Of a DNA stretch of 64,000 nt, positions 29,755 through 41,860 are shown piece by piece. The notes under the pieces are model-generated. The model was not told where the DNA came from and ran no database searches. It saw only the letters and a list, made by a program, of their open reading frames with translations. Position 1 is the first letter of the stretch. Each line of letters begins with the position of its first letter. The DNA comes from Eledone cirrhosa (lineage: Eukaryota), in assembly GCA_964016885.1 (NCBI GenBank), contig OZ024740.1, forward strand, positions 223,820,001 through 223,884,000, read 5' to 3'. The position numbers were made by a program, and so were the translations under genes.

Positions 29755-30118
29755 TAGAGCCTCGGCCACCATGCTTTGCAGCATTGAGTTATGGCGCATT
29801 ATGTTCTGAGTTCAAATCCCACCAAGATTAACTTTGGCTTTCATCCTTACAGGCTTGATAAAATAAAGCACCAGTAATACACTCGGGTCGATTTAATCAA
29901 TTTACCCCTCCCCAAAATTGCTGCCCTTGTGCTTATAGTAGAAATCATTATTATTATTATCGTTATTAAGGTGGGTGGATTGGCAGTATCTGTAGAGGGC
30001 CGGAAGCCATGCTTTGTAGCATAGAGTTACGGCCCTTTATGTTCTGAGTTCAAATCCCTTTGATAAAATAAATGTACTGGGATAAATGCTGGCCTTGTGC
30101 CAAAAGTAGAAACAATTA
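29755..30118 (+). mobile_element. Two tandem SINE copies (partial/deleted)
   Basis: GAGTTCAAATCCC B-box at ~29808 and ~30045; same body and end as 26870-27061. Confidence 0.8.
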
Positions 30119-30402
30119 TTATCGTTATCATTTTGGGCATGGGTTTTCTGAAATTATTAATTATTGCATTTCTGAAATAGTGGCTTAATATATGTTTCTT
30201 ATATGAAATTATATTGTCAGATTATGATTTAAATAGGAACCCTTTGACATTTTTAATTATTTTTCACAAAATCACCAGCACCTTGGCTGGATTGGTAATG
30301 AAAGAGTTAAGGAAGCAGAAGTGTATAATTGAGTGTGCATATCTTCCGTCTCTTTTTTAGTTGATTTTTTTTCTTCTTCACCTTCTTCGTTTTCTTCATT
30401 TT

Positions 30403-31810
30403 TCTTCTTCTTCTTCTTCTTCTTCTTCTTCTTCTTCTTCTTCTTCTTCTTCTTCTTCTTCCCTCCCCCTCTTGCAAGTGTTGTGGGGGTAGACTCCTCA
30501 AACACTCTTTCCAGTGGGTCTTGTCAAAAGGAACTGTCTCCAATTAACCTGGCTTGATCCCCTAGCAAGACAAGTCAAACTCATGGGTGTTACACAACCA
30601 TCTTGCTTGGGGTCAACCCATGGGTCTCCTGCCAATTGGTTTTTGCACATAAAAGCTTTCCTAAGACATTCTAAACAGATGCCCATAATATCAGATGCCC
30701 ATAATATCAGCGCTGTGATATCTCAATTCGTCCAAGTAGTGACTCTACCTGGAGTGATGTTCCGATCTTTGAGCTACAGACTCTTTTGAGAAACGTTATT
30801 TCAAAGCTTCTTTGGAGGAACCACATTTTGACCACTTGTGTTCATGATCATATTCTTTTGGCCATTACCAAAAATTCATGTACAAAGGTGAGTGCTGGTA
30901 CAAATACTGAATTGGAGATTGCAAGTTTGGCTTTTCACTTAACTCCCTTCTTCTGACAAATACTGATTATGACACATTACTTTATCACCAACTGCAATTC
31001 TTGCACCTAATTCAGCCTCCTGCCTTCCATTACTTATGAATAAAGCATTGAGAAACTTGAAATTCTTCACCTGCTCTTGCTTCAGTGGAACTCCACTCAC
31101 ATGTAGAGTTTACTACACAGGCTTCCTTGTGAAGATGAGTGTGTCAGTTTTCACAAAATTGATTTTCATTCGAGCCATGCAGTACTCAATATGGAACAAT
31201 TTGACAAAGAAATGAGTGATTTGAATGAACATTGATCCTGATATCAATATGAATGGGGAGGCCTTATTAGAGTTTTGTTCCAGTAATGGTCTCTTTATTT
31301 TAAGCGCCTTCTTGCAGGATAGAGACATCCATAAATATATATGATATAATGGGAATCAGAGAGAGCTATCAATAATTGGTTTTCTTATCATCTCAGCTCT
31401 TTGCTTCTGCACTGCATGTTTCTGTTAAAAGATGGGCTGATTTGCCAACTGATCACTATCTTGTTATCTGCAACTTGAGACTAACTAAAGACAAGGAAGC
31501 CCACAAAACTTGCAAGTCCTGTGTGTCCTACATGATAAAGTGGGAAGCATTGACAGATATATTCAGGAAGTCAGGATAAGTTATGTGGATACTATTAATT
31601 TCCAATTCAGAGAACACCCTGAGCAAAGTGAATGGTGACTGTTAAACTCTGCAGATAAAAGAAGCACTGGGTCACAGGAGGGCCATTTATTTCAATCAAG
31701 AAGTCAAAGATGCCATCTGAGTAAAAATGAATGCCTACAAAGCTTGGCTTGGAAATAAGTACAAGCAAGCTCGAAAAGTTGCAGCAGAAAGAATAAAGGC
31801 ATCCAAAGTT
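30403..31810. mobile_element. Decayed RTE family C: RT 3' part on minus (30403-~31205) plus endonuclease part on plus (~31210-31810)
   Basis: (TTC)n tail 30403-30460; MKINFVKTDTL on minus; NMNGEALLEFCSSNGL and DLPTDHYLVICNL on plus. Confidence 0.7.
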
Positions 31811-31909
31811 GAGACACTGTTTCTTCTGTAAATCATAAATATATAATTAAATATACACTGTTTACTTGTTCAAGAATGATCTTATGATCTGTGTTGTTAT
31901 AGAGCTATA

Positions 31910-32487
31910 TATGAACTCAGAAATTTCTTTCATCATGGCTTACAAAAGCTGGTGCAGTAATTCAAAAGCTTTAGCAGTCAGTAAAATGGAGCTAGGCGTA
32001 AAAGCCAAACTCACTGTCTTTAATACGGTTTTCATACCAACTCTAACCTATGGCCATGAATCTTGAGTAATGACCGAAAGAACATGATTGTGAATACAAG
32101 CAGCTGAAATTGGGCTCCTCCAAAGGGTCTTTGGAGTTATGTTACATGATAAAGTGCTCCATTACTCAGATATCAGAGATTCACTCTAGGTAGAGCTGCT
32201 ACTTGTCCGAATTGGGAGATCACAGGCCGATACTATGAGTAGGTGGTTAAAATTTCCCAGGAAAGAATCGCTGAACAGATTTTATGAGTGAAATAAACAG
32301 GTAGGTGACCCAGGGTTAGATCCCAAGCAAGATGGTTGGATAACATACATGAGCATGGCTGGTCACGCTTGAGGATCCAACCAGACCAGTTGGAGACAGT
32401 TCTGACAGGACCCACTGGAGGGAGTGTTTGAAGACTCTAACCACATGACTCTCTCAGGAATAAGAGGGTGAAGAAAAGAAGAAGAAG
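31910..32487 (+). mobile_element. Decayed RTE family C 3' fragment
   Basis: AKLTVFNTVFIPTLTYGHES; GAA-rich tail. Confidence 0.8.
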
Positions 32488-32559
32488 GAGATGCCTTACA
32501 TTTCATATTTACAATTAATAGTATCAATCAGAATATTATCAGATTTCATAAATCACCGA

Positions 32560-32888
32560 GTCAACAGTGTAAAGTGGTTGTGTGGTGACACAAAAAAAGT
32601 GGCCAGTCCACACTGTAAAGTGTTCATGTAGGTGTCAAGACAAAACGTGCACAGTCCGCACTGTAAAGTGCTTGTGTAGGTGTCATGATACACCCCACCT
32701 CCTGTCCACTCTTTAAATGTGGTAGACATTAGGAAGGGCATTCAGCCATAAAACCCAAGCCAAAATCAGTTATGTAGGAATAAGATACGGTCAGCTGATC
32801 TAGTTTGTCTCACAATAGGTCAACTTGTCTAACCTTTGCTAGCAGGGAAAAAATGGCCGTTAATCGGTGACGATGATAATGATGATGA
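32560..32888 (+). mobile_element. RTE family A 3'UTR fragment with internal ~41-bp repeats and ATG tail
   Basis: Matches 22370-22629. Confidence 0.7.
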
Positions 32889-35800
32889 ATATAATGTCAT
32901 TTCAACAGCTTTTAGAATCCAGTCACAACAGGAATCTATCTCAATTTGCAAATTATACAGATGTAGCAAAGTGGAATGTCCATTATAAATGTCAGCTGTG
33001 AATGAATAAATAAAATTGGAGTAAAAGAGTTTATTGCATTCATTTTATTTTACTTTCTGAGTTGTTCTTTAATTCAGAGGTAAATTTGTTTGAAACAGTA
33101 ACTGATTATTATTAACATGGTTCTCGTTGCTATACATTTATCTAAACACAGTAATTGGCCTTTTATCATTATTCTATAGATCAAAATTAAATGGATGCTA
33201 AATAAATAAAAACCTGGCCTTTTTGCTTTTATCCTACCTTACTGCATATTTTGTCTTAAACAACACTCAGTGTAAATTAGCATGTGGTTCTCATAATATA
33301 AATATTCTGAATATTTTTTTCATAATATAAATATAGAAATTATTATATTCAATGTTTTTAAATGTTATCCATTCAATTTTATTTAATGTCTAATTTTTTA
33401 CTGTGATTTTGATTGTTTATTAAATATATGCTGCAATTGCAAATGTACAATACTTGATTTTTCTTCTGCTGAGCATTTTAAAAGTAAACCACAATGTTCA
33501 TAATGAAAACAATTGTGTCCAATATATACATAAATTTATTTGTCAAATCGTTAAAGATTTCACCATACAAATTAATTTTCCAAGTTCATAATACATGTAA
33601 CTAATATTTATGAAAAGCTTCCTTTCATTACAATATGGCATGCAATTCTGAAACAAACGATGTCAAGTGTAAATAACTAAAATTTCAAAATGCTAAGGTC
33701 TCAAACACATTCTATATCTTTATTTTTTAACAAAAGCTATCGTTCATATTTTGAGAAGAAACATTTTGATAATTCAATGAATGAATCAATGTTGAAAATT
33801 ATTTAAAATTATTTGGAGGAATTATATTTTAAATTGTTTAAAAGATTTAGTCAGCACTTTCTTATGTATGTCCAACTACTGAAGTATGGAAGACACCATC
33901 TTCTTATAGATTTTGTAAACAAACTATTCTTGGTGAAGTCTCATTTACATATAGTATAAGCTTGACAGGCTGGTATTAATTATTGATGACGTTGACAGTG
34001 TTTGATACAGACTAAAGGGGTATATGAATATATATAACATATTTTTATGTATAATAATCATCCATTAGTTCTCATCATGTCTCAGCTATCTCAGCCTTCG
34101 GGTAAGGGTGGTATATGCATTTCATTGTTGTTATAGTTTGTCAGTGCTCACATTTGTGCTTAAATCAAAGGTATGGAAGATAATGGCTTCTTATAGATTT
34201 ATAGATTTTCCCTTTATTGGAAGCATGTTATTTAAAGGTTTATTACTTGAAATATTCTCAGAGTATAAAGGTGATAGAGCTTATGAAGTTGTATATTTGC
34301 GAATTGGATGTTATTTTTTAACAATTCAAGTGTCTATATAGAAAATTCTCTGTTACTTTGAGTATCTAAGTAATATCCAATTACTTAGGTTTCAACCATT
34401 TGATCTACACTTCTATAGATTACTGATAATAGTCTTTATTATTTCACAAGGTTTGATTTGTTTTAACAAGTCTATGCATATGTCCACAAAAATATTACTT
34501 GGATGCAGCAGTTGGCTGAGCATCACTGACTCAACTTAATAATAGTTATATCAGCATCAGTAACTTAAATAACATCAATGATAATAAAAGCATGGAGTAA
34601 TATCAAAAGAAATATCTTCTGAAGGAAGCTGAACCAAAGTTAGCAATAATTGCAGCTTCTACAATAGTAATATCATCCATTAATGTAGCAATGGCAACAT
34701 AGTGATAGTGACATACAATATGATAATAATGTTCACGGTATCAATAGTAGTAACTACATTATCAATAATCAGATGTATAGTAAAAAAAGAATATCATAGA
34801 CAGCAGCAATATGAAATAATAGTGATTTGCTTTTACTAGCCACAGTGCCAACTTTTATAAAGGTATTGATGATTGCATTGACCCTAGTATAATATTAATC
34901 CTTTTGATAACAACATGCTCAAGACTGGCACAATGTTATTATATAAAGCCACTGGTTTTATAATGTTCATAGATAAATTAAAACTGCCCATACTAATTTT
35001 AACTCATAACATTTTTTTATGTCTCAAACACTAGCTTTCTAACAACAAAATTATTATTAAAGGGTTAATTCTCATTTTATCACTATTTGGAAATTAGAAG
35101 TGAAACTTTGCCTGGAAGAACAGGAACTTGTAACTAAAGGATAAAAAAACTAAATGCCATAATTCATTTATTCCAGCTTTCTACTGTTGACCATATAAAA
35201 CCAACCCTTACATTATAGAAAATATTAAGAACCAAAGCTTCCACAGCAGCACCAATAATACATTGAAAGATGCATGTTGTGACAAAAAGGAATTATCAAG
35301 TAAAGTAAAATTGAGACTAAAAGATATTTCCATGGCTCTCGAAAGAATGATAAATCTAAAGATTTCTGACATAACACTAATTGTGAATGGCAAATGAGAA
35401 AGACTAATAAAATGGCTGGAGCTAATCCAGACACTTTATGTTTCCAGACATCTTGAAGATATTTCACAGGAATTCTTTTCTCATTACTCAAATCATATGC
35501 AGGAAAAGTATGACTCAGTCAAACGAAACTTCAGGAAGCTTTTGTCCATAATTTCGTTTTTATATCTTATCTGATTATTGGCTTTCTGTATATTCCTATG
35601 TGAATACTCCATTTTCTTTTGTTGTAAGTAATTTCATATTTTTGTCAATATACGTATATAATCATCTGAATTATCATTGTATACAACTAAGATCATAGAA
35701 AAAAAATTAAATAACTTACAGGCAAAATTATTTCCATCATGAAGTTGTGTAAGCATAAGTTAGGAAATAACTTCTTTAGATCGTCTTCGTATGTTTATAT

Positions 35801-37122
35801 GTGTTAATATTTTTTAATATTTTCTTAATGCACATTGATTTACGAAAAAGAAAATATGATAGTTGTTTCCTGATTAAATTGATGCCTTTTCAATCCGGGC
35901 GAAAATTAAATATACACTAAAAGCTGTAGTTTTAAGAAATGAATGACAACGCTATGTCTGAGGGCAAAAATTCCAGAGGGTTGACAGCTGGAAGAGAGTG
36001 ATTTTCATTTTAATTGAAGGAAAGGAATCTTCTGCAGAGAAAAATGTGTGCTACTTGCATTATAATTGACAAGCAGTTGTATTGGTTCAGATAGAATATG
36101 GTTGATAAATGTGGAATGTTCAATGAAATTTATAGACTTCCATTGAATGTTGTCCGGAATGCATAAAGGAACCATCATATTTTAGGGGAATGGTTTCTGA
36201 AGCACAAGAGAAATCACTCCTCTCAAATGCAGCATTAGTGATCAGAGCATAACGTATCATTAGATCAGTGCATGCTGATTTGCTTAAAATATTCATTGAG
36301 TGATATTTATAAGAATGTTTATAATTATTATATTATATTGTCAGGACTGATGTCGTCTGGCACATGCTTACTTTCTGGATTCGAATTTGACATTTGCACA
36401 TTTCTAAAATCCATATCCTGTGTTACTTGCAATCCTGGGAAAATGCCACAAGAGAAAAATTCACTGGAGAAAAGCTACAATAGAAACTCAGCAGACACAT
36501 ATACAAATATATATACAATTATAGCCCAGACGCTAACCATAACCATAACCAGAATTTAAGTGTTTTCGGTGCTTTTCTTCTTTTATCTTTATATGCTTCC
36601 ACTGTTTTAAATATATAATTTTTTTTTTGGCATTTGAAAAAAATTTACCTTTTTTCTCCCCATGATTTTGTTCCTGTGAATTATTTTTTCTATGATTTTA
36701 TTTTCATTCATTTTTACTAAACAACCATCATTACTACTGATATAATACTGAAGGATAACTTTTTTCATAAATTTTAGTTGATTTGATTATTGTTGGTTGC
36801 AAGAAATATAAACCTCAGACTAAGAAGTATATTTGACTGAAGCTGCACAATTTATAATTCAAAGAAAATGCAGAAGAACCTAAACAAATAAGTAAAAAAA
36901 ACTGTATTTCGTTATTCATCTTAACATAATGTCAAATATGCTGCAAATATATAAAGTATCTAAATGAAATAAGCATGGTTGTGTGGTTAAAGTGTTTTCC
37001 CTGCCACCATGTAGTATCAGGCTCACTCCCACTATGTCGCACACTGGACAATACCTTTCGAAATTAAGTAGACAGAAACTACTTAAATATATTCTATGTA
37101 TGTATCATTATCACTATTAACA

Positions 37123-37311
37123 TGGGCGGTGAATTGGCAGTATCGGTAGAGGGTTGGACGCCATGCTTTCTAGCATAGTTACGTCCCTTTACGGTTTGAG
37201 TTCAAATCGCGCTGAGGTTAACTTTGCCTTTCATCCTTATGGGGTCGATAAAATAAAGTACCAGTAATGTACTGGGTAATTGCTGGCCTTGTGCCTAAAG
37301 TAGAAACAATT
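37123..37311 (+). mobile_element. tRNA-derived SINE
   Basis: Close match to 26870-27061. Confidence 0.85.
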
Positions 37312-37513
37312 ATCACTATTAACATGAATTTTTCCATGCTAGCATAGGTTAGACAAGTTGTCCCATTGTGACACAAGCCAGATCAGATGACTGTGTCTTG
37401 CTCATGCAGAACCAACTCTGGCTTGGTTTCTATGCCTAGATGTCCTTGTTAATGCCAACCATATTTAAAGTATATACTGGGTCCTTTTTTTTATGGCACC
37501 AAAATGACCACTT

Positions 37514-37553
<40 letters not shown>

Positions 37554-37980
37554 TCATCATCGTCATCATTATCATCAACACCGTTTTACATACATTCTTT
37601 CATGCTAACATGGGTTAGATGAGTTGTCCTGTTATGGGCAGTGCGAGGTCAGGTGAATATGTTTTGCTTATACAGAACTGATTTTGGCCTGGTTTCTACA
37701 GCTGGATGCCCTTCTTAACGCCAACTTTATTTACAGTGAGTACTGGGTGCTTTTTGTTGTGATACCCCATGACCTCTTTACACTGTGGACTGGGTTCTTT
37801 TTGTCATGACAACTACACGACCACTTTACAGTGTGGGCTGGGTGATTTTTGTCATCATACTTACATGACCACTTTACATTGGAAGGGTGGGCAGGGCATA
37901 CTGTATATATGCACCAGCTTCGGCCTGTGCCCATGGGAAGTCGGGTTTTCTGTATTACTGCATAACACCAGAATCTTGGT
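37312..37980 (-). mobile_element. Two RTE family A 3' fragments separated by (TA)n
   Basis: Match 23554-23930; (ATC)n tail at ~37553; four ~41-bp internal repeats 37730-37880. Confidence 0.75.
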
Positions 37981-38911
37981 CCTGTATATATATGTGTGTG
38001 TATTGAGGAGAATTTATGTTTTCACTTGTGTCTGATTTTACACCCTTTAACTAAGTGGTTTGACAAAAAAGATTGACAAAAGAAGGACTGGAGTCGACAT
38101 GATAGATTAAATCTCTTTATGGCAGTGTCTCAATATGGTTGCAATCTAATGATTTAAACCATTAAAAGTATAAAATCATTTAAGATTTAGGCTTATCATT
38201 ACTATTCTATCAAAGAATCTATAAACTGTCACTGTAATTTACAGAATTACATCATGTTTTTAATCACATTTCTTTTAAGACTAATTGGATGATTATACAA
38301 TAAAACTCCTAATAATTGGAAATCAAAACAAATGAAGTTGTTCCAGAATAAAAATAAATAGGATTTATTTTAGGTTTTGTCAGGGATCAAAAGTGGTGAG
38401 CTTTTATCAAGACTTATTCCAAGTTCAAATTTCACTTCATATTCATTAGGAAGAAAACAGTACAGAATTAATGTTGTTACATTATTGTAAAGATGCATGG
38501 TTTACTTGTTTGATCATGGATTTGATTCCCAGACTTGGTGATACATTGTGTCTATGAACAAGGAACTTGATTTCACATTGCTACAGATCAGCTGCGAGAT
38601 GGGACTCTGGGCTTTATTCAATGCATGCATGCATTAAAAAACTGTCACATCTCACCCTGTGCAAGATTAGCTGGCCTCATATGGGGTTGCATATCATAGG
38701 CCATTTTGTCAGTGTTTTAATTGGATGGACCCTAGGACCCTAGTTCTATCATGTGTATGAAATCGTGGAAGCTAAAGATGTGCAGTCAAATCTATAAAAT
38801 AAAATCTCCAAAATTGATAAGAGTGTAGGTATAGAGAAAGTCATAAATACTCTTTCTAACACCAAATATTTTACAGCGAGTGCTTTAGAGCAGTTGTTTT
38901 ATTCAACGCTC

Positions 38912-39400
38912 TCATCATCATCATCATCATCATCGTTTAACGTCCGTATTCCACGCTTGCATGGGTCTGGACGGGAGTTTTCCCACTTGAGGCAAGAGTG
39001 GTTGTCTTGCTCGCATAGGACTGTCTGGCGGGTTTTCTACGACTGGATGCCCTTCCTAACACCAACAACATTTACAGTGTGGAACTGGGAGGTTTTTACC
39101 GTGTTACCTACATGGCCAGATTACAGCGTGGACTGTGTGTTTTTTTTTGTCGTGACACCTACACGACCTCATTTGTTTCGGGCTGGATGTTGTGACACCA
39201 ACATAACTTTACATTGAAAGGGGTGGTGTGGATGGGGTGTGGGTAGTGGGACGGGGGTGTATTTTGTTAGAGGTGCATACTCACTGTAGTAGTTTTCACT
39301 TTGTACTTAGGTAAGGTGGGTCTTCTCTATTACTGTGTAGCGCCAAAGTTCTCGGTCCAGTGACATTGTCTTGGAGAGGTGTAAGTGTGTGAGGTCGGAT
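38912..39400 (-). mobile_element. RTE family A 3' fragment (same subfamily as the 7328-9276 copy)
   Basis: Encodes SDLTHLHLSKTMSLDR; (ATC)n tail 38912-38934. Confidence 0.85.
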
Positions 39401-40434
39401 CTCTGTTGTCTCTAATTCCAAATTCATGTTGTTGTCTTGTTTCTTGGAATGTTACTGAATCCTATTTATTTTACATAGTCTCTCTTTATATATGTGTATG
39501 AATAAAGGATATTAGCTGAAGTGGATCTTAAAGGGAAGATATAAGTGATATTTGGTGCCACAATGAAGTTTGGTAAATTTGTCGTTCTATTGATGGTAAT
39601 ATTGATGATTATCTTCATCATTTTATGATATGTAGCTGTTAGAAGATCAGTGAATGTGTTTATAATTAATTGTATTTAAGAATTTGTTTTAATGAGATAA
39701 AATGAAGTTGTTTGTGTATCTACACAAATTTAATATCCTCCATGCTAGAAATATAAATAATCAATGTAATTTAATTTCCTGATATAAAATAGAATATATG
39801 TCATGTTCAATTTACCCAGTTGAAATATTAGATTCAAATATACATTTCAGTAAAATGTAGATTTAAATACTATTACTTATTCAAAGATTAAACACAAGCT
39901 TAGCAACTACACGTTTCTCAAAAACAAACTGGACATACAGTGCACATATATTTATAAACTAAGCTCAGCTGAACACATTTTACACTGGCTGAATGTCAGC
40001 CATTGCAGTGATTCAACATTTTCTGATAGAGCTTGTCAGCTAACTAGGTGTATCTCTACTATTCTATGATTACTATCCTTCTATCCTTGGCAGTACATAT
40101 ACCCCACCTGTAAACCCTCAGAGGCAGCTTAAAAATAGTCTTTAATGGAAATATGACAATATTGTTTCTCTCACAGAGAGACAACTACTGCCCACATCAT
40201 AAAAATGATAGTGTATCCCAGCACATCATGAGATAAAAAACAATGACTATATGAACACATTCATGTCCATATTTTCAATGAAATATAGTCTATTATTTTA
40301 AATGATTTTGACTATAACCCAGAATTCAGAGGTATCCAATAATATGATTAAAGTTTTCACTATCAAACTTGTGCTTGGTGCATAACTTCTTACATAAAAT
40401 TATGATGCAAGGTTTTAAAAAATACTCTAACTAC

Positions 40435-40715
40435 TGTTGTATGGACTGGGAATCGAACTCACAACCTCATTGTTGTATGGACTGTTAAATTCATTTTATT
40501 CAATTTACACGTGCTCACACATTTGCATATGAATCACGTGACCTGGGCAGTTAGTCAGCGTTGGTATTAAAAACTCGGTCACAGACTGCTGCGGGGACTT
40601 ACTTTATGTTATTCTGCTAATGTGAGGAGGGGCGTTTTGGTTGTTTCATGCAATACACAAACTATTTGATATAACTCGTTGTGTTTTCTCTGCGAGTACA
40701 GAGAGGAATACAACA
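40435..40715 (+). repeat. 5' LTR
   Basis: TGTTGTA...TACAACA termini; about 16 differences from the 3' LTR by eye. Confidence 0.95.
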
Positions 40716-40723
40716 GAGTTTAT

Positions 40724-40742
40724 TGGCGTCGCCGATAGGATT
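40724..40742 (+). promoter_or_regulatory. Primer-binding site, tRNA-Ser-like
   Basis: TGGCGTCGCCGATAGGATT, complementary to a tRNA 3' end (...AAUCCU-N8-CGCCA), 8 nt after the LTR. Confidence 0.7.
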
Positions 40743-40889
40743 TACCTACATCGCCGGTAGGATTTACTTACATCGCCGATAGGATTTACCTACATTGCCG
40801 ATATGATTTACCTACATTGCCGATAGGATTTACCTACATTGCCGGTAGGATTTACCTACATTGCCGATAGGATTTACCTACATTGCCGG
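40729..40889 (+). repeat. 22-bp tandem repeat, ~7.3 copies, overlapping the PBS
   Basis: Unit TYGCCGRTAGGATTTACCTACA. Confidence 0.95.
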
Positions 40890-40910
40890 GAAATTGTTTA
40901 TCATAAAAAC

Positions 40911-41860
40911 ATGGCGGACCAACAAACAGCGGAGCTAATAAAGTTGTTTAGAGAACAGATGGAACAACAAATGCAACAACACAAGAAAGATATGGACACT
41001 CTGATAAAACTGTTTGGTGCTCGAGATTCTGAACAACAGAGTTTATTGGCGTCGCCAGTTGCTTCGACACCAACAGCATTCATCCCACCATTTGCTGCTT
41101 TTGATTCAACAACAGAACTATGGCCTGATTACTGGTCAAGATTCTGCACGTTTGTGGCTGCTAACGCTGTACCCGAGCAACGCATGGCACAAGTGTTCCT
41201 GACTAATCAGACGGCTGCTATCTACAAACAACTTGCAAATCTGGCTGCTCAACAAAATCCGCCTAAGGATATCAACAAGTTGACAATGGACGAAATTGAT
41301 GACTTCATGAAAAAACAGTTCGACCCAAAACTTTTCATTGTGAGAGAACGTTTCAAGTTCTGGAGTGACATGCAACGGAAGCCAGGCGAAACTCTCCAGG
41401 AGTTGGCAGCACGTATACGTCAGGATGCAGCTACCTGTAAGTTTCCTTCACAAATCCACAAGATAAAGCTCTAAGACAGAGATTTATATGCTCTGTCAAT
41501 AATGAAGCTGTGTTGAAGGCTATTTTCAAGATCAAGGATACAGAACTAGATTTCGCTCGTGCTGTCCAAGTTGCCATCGGGACCGAAGACGCAGCAAAGG
41601 TTGCCAAGGAAACTGTTTACGGTTCCAAAACCAAGCAAGTCTACAAGGTCCAGCAGAACAAGAACAAGGGTCCTCGAAAGAACCATCAGCAGTCTTATTC
41701 CACAGACCAGGAGATGTGCTACCGATGTGGAAAGGCTCACAAAGCAACAGACTGCCCCTTCAAAGAAGCCAAATGTCATTTTTGTGACAAAAAGAGACAT
41801 TTGCAATGTGTAGAAAGAAACAACATCAGCAACGTAATCATCGCTCACAGAATTACGTGA
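40911..41860 (+). pseudogene. gag: Gypsy gag (frameshifted)
   Basis: WPDYWSRF, ERFKFWSDMQRKPGET, CYRCGKAHKATDC and CHFCDKKRHL..C knuckles. Confidence 0.9.

Noticed and set aside
30272-30557. Poly-K, poly-R and poly-F ORFs
   Set aside because: Translations of the (GAA)n LINE tail
35219-35507. Possible host exon with BTB-like SDITLIVNG
   Set aside because: A stop follows immediately, there is no canonical donor and no other BTB motif; it would need RNA-seq
40729-40889. CRISPR-like array
   Set aside because: Head-to-tail repeats with no spacers, inside a eukaryotic LTR element
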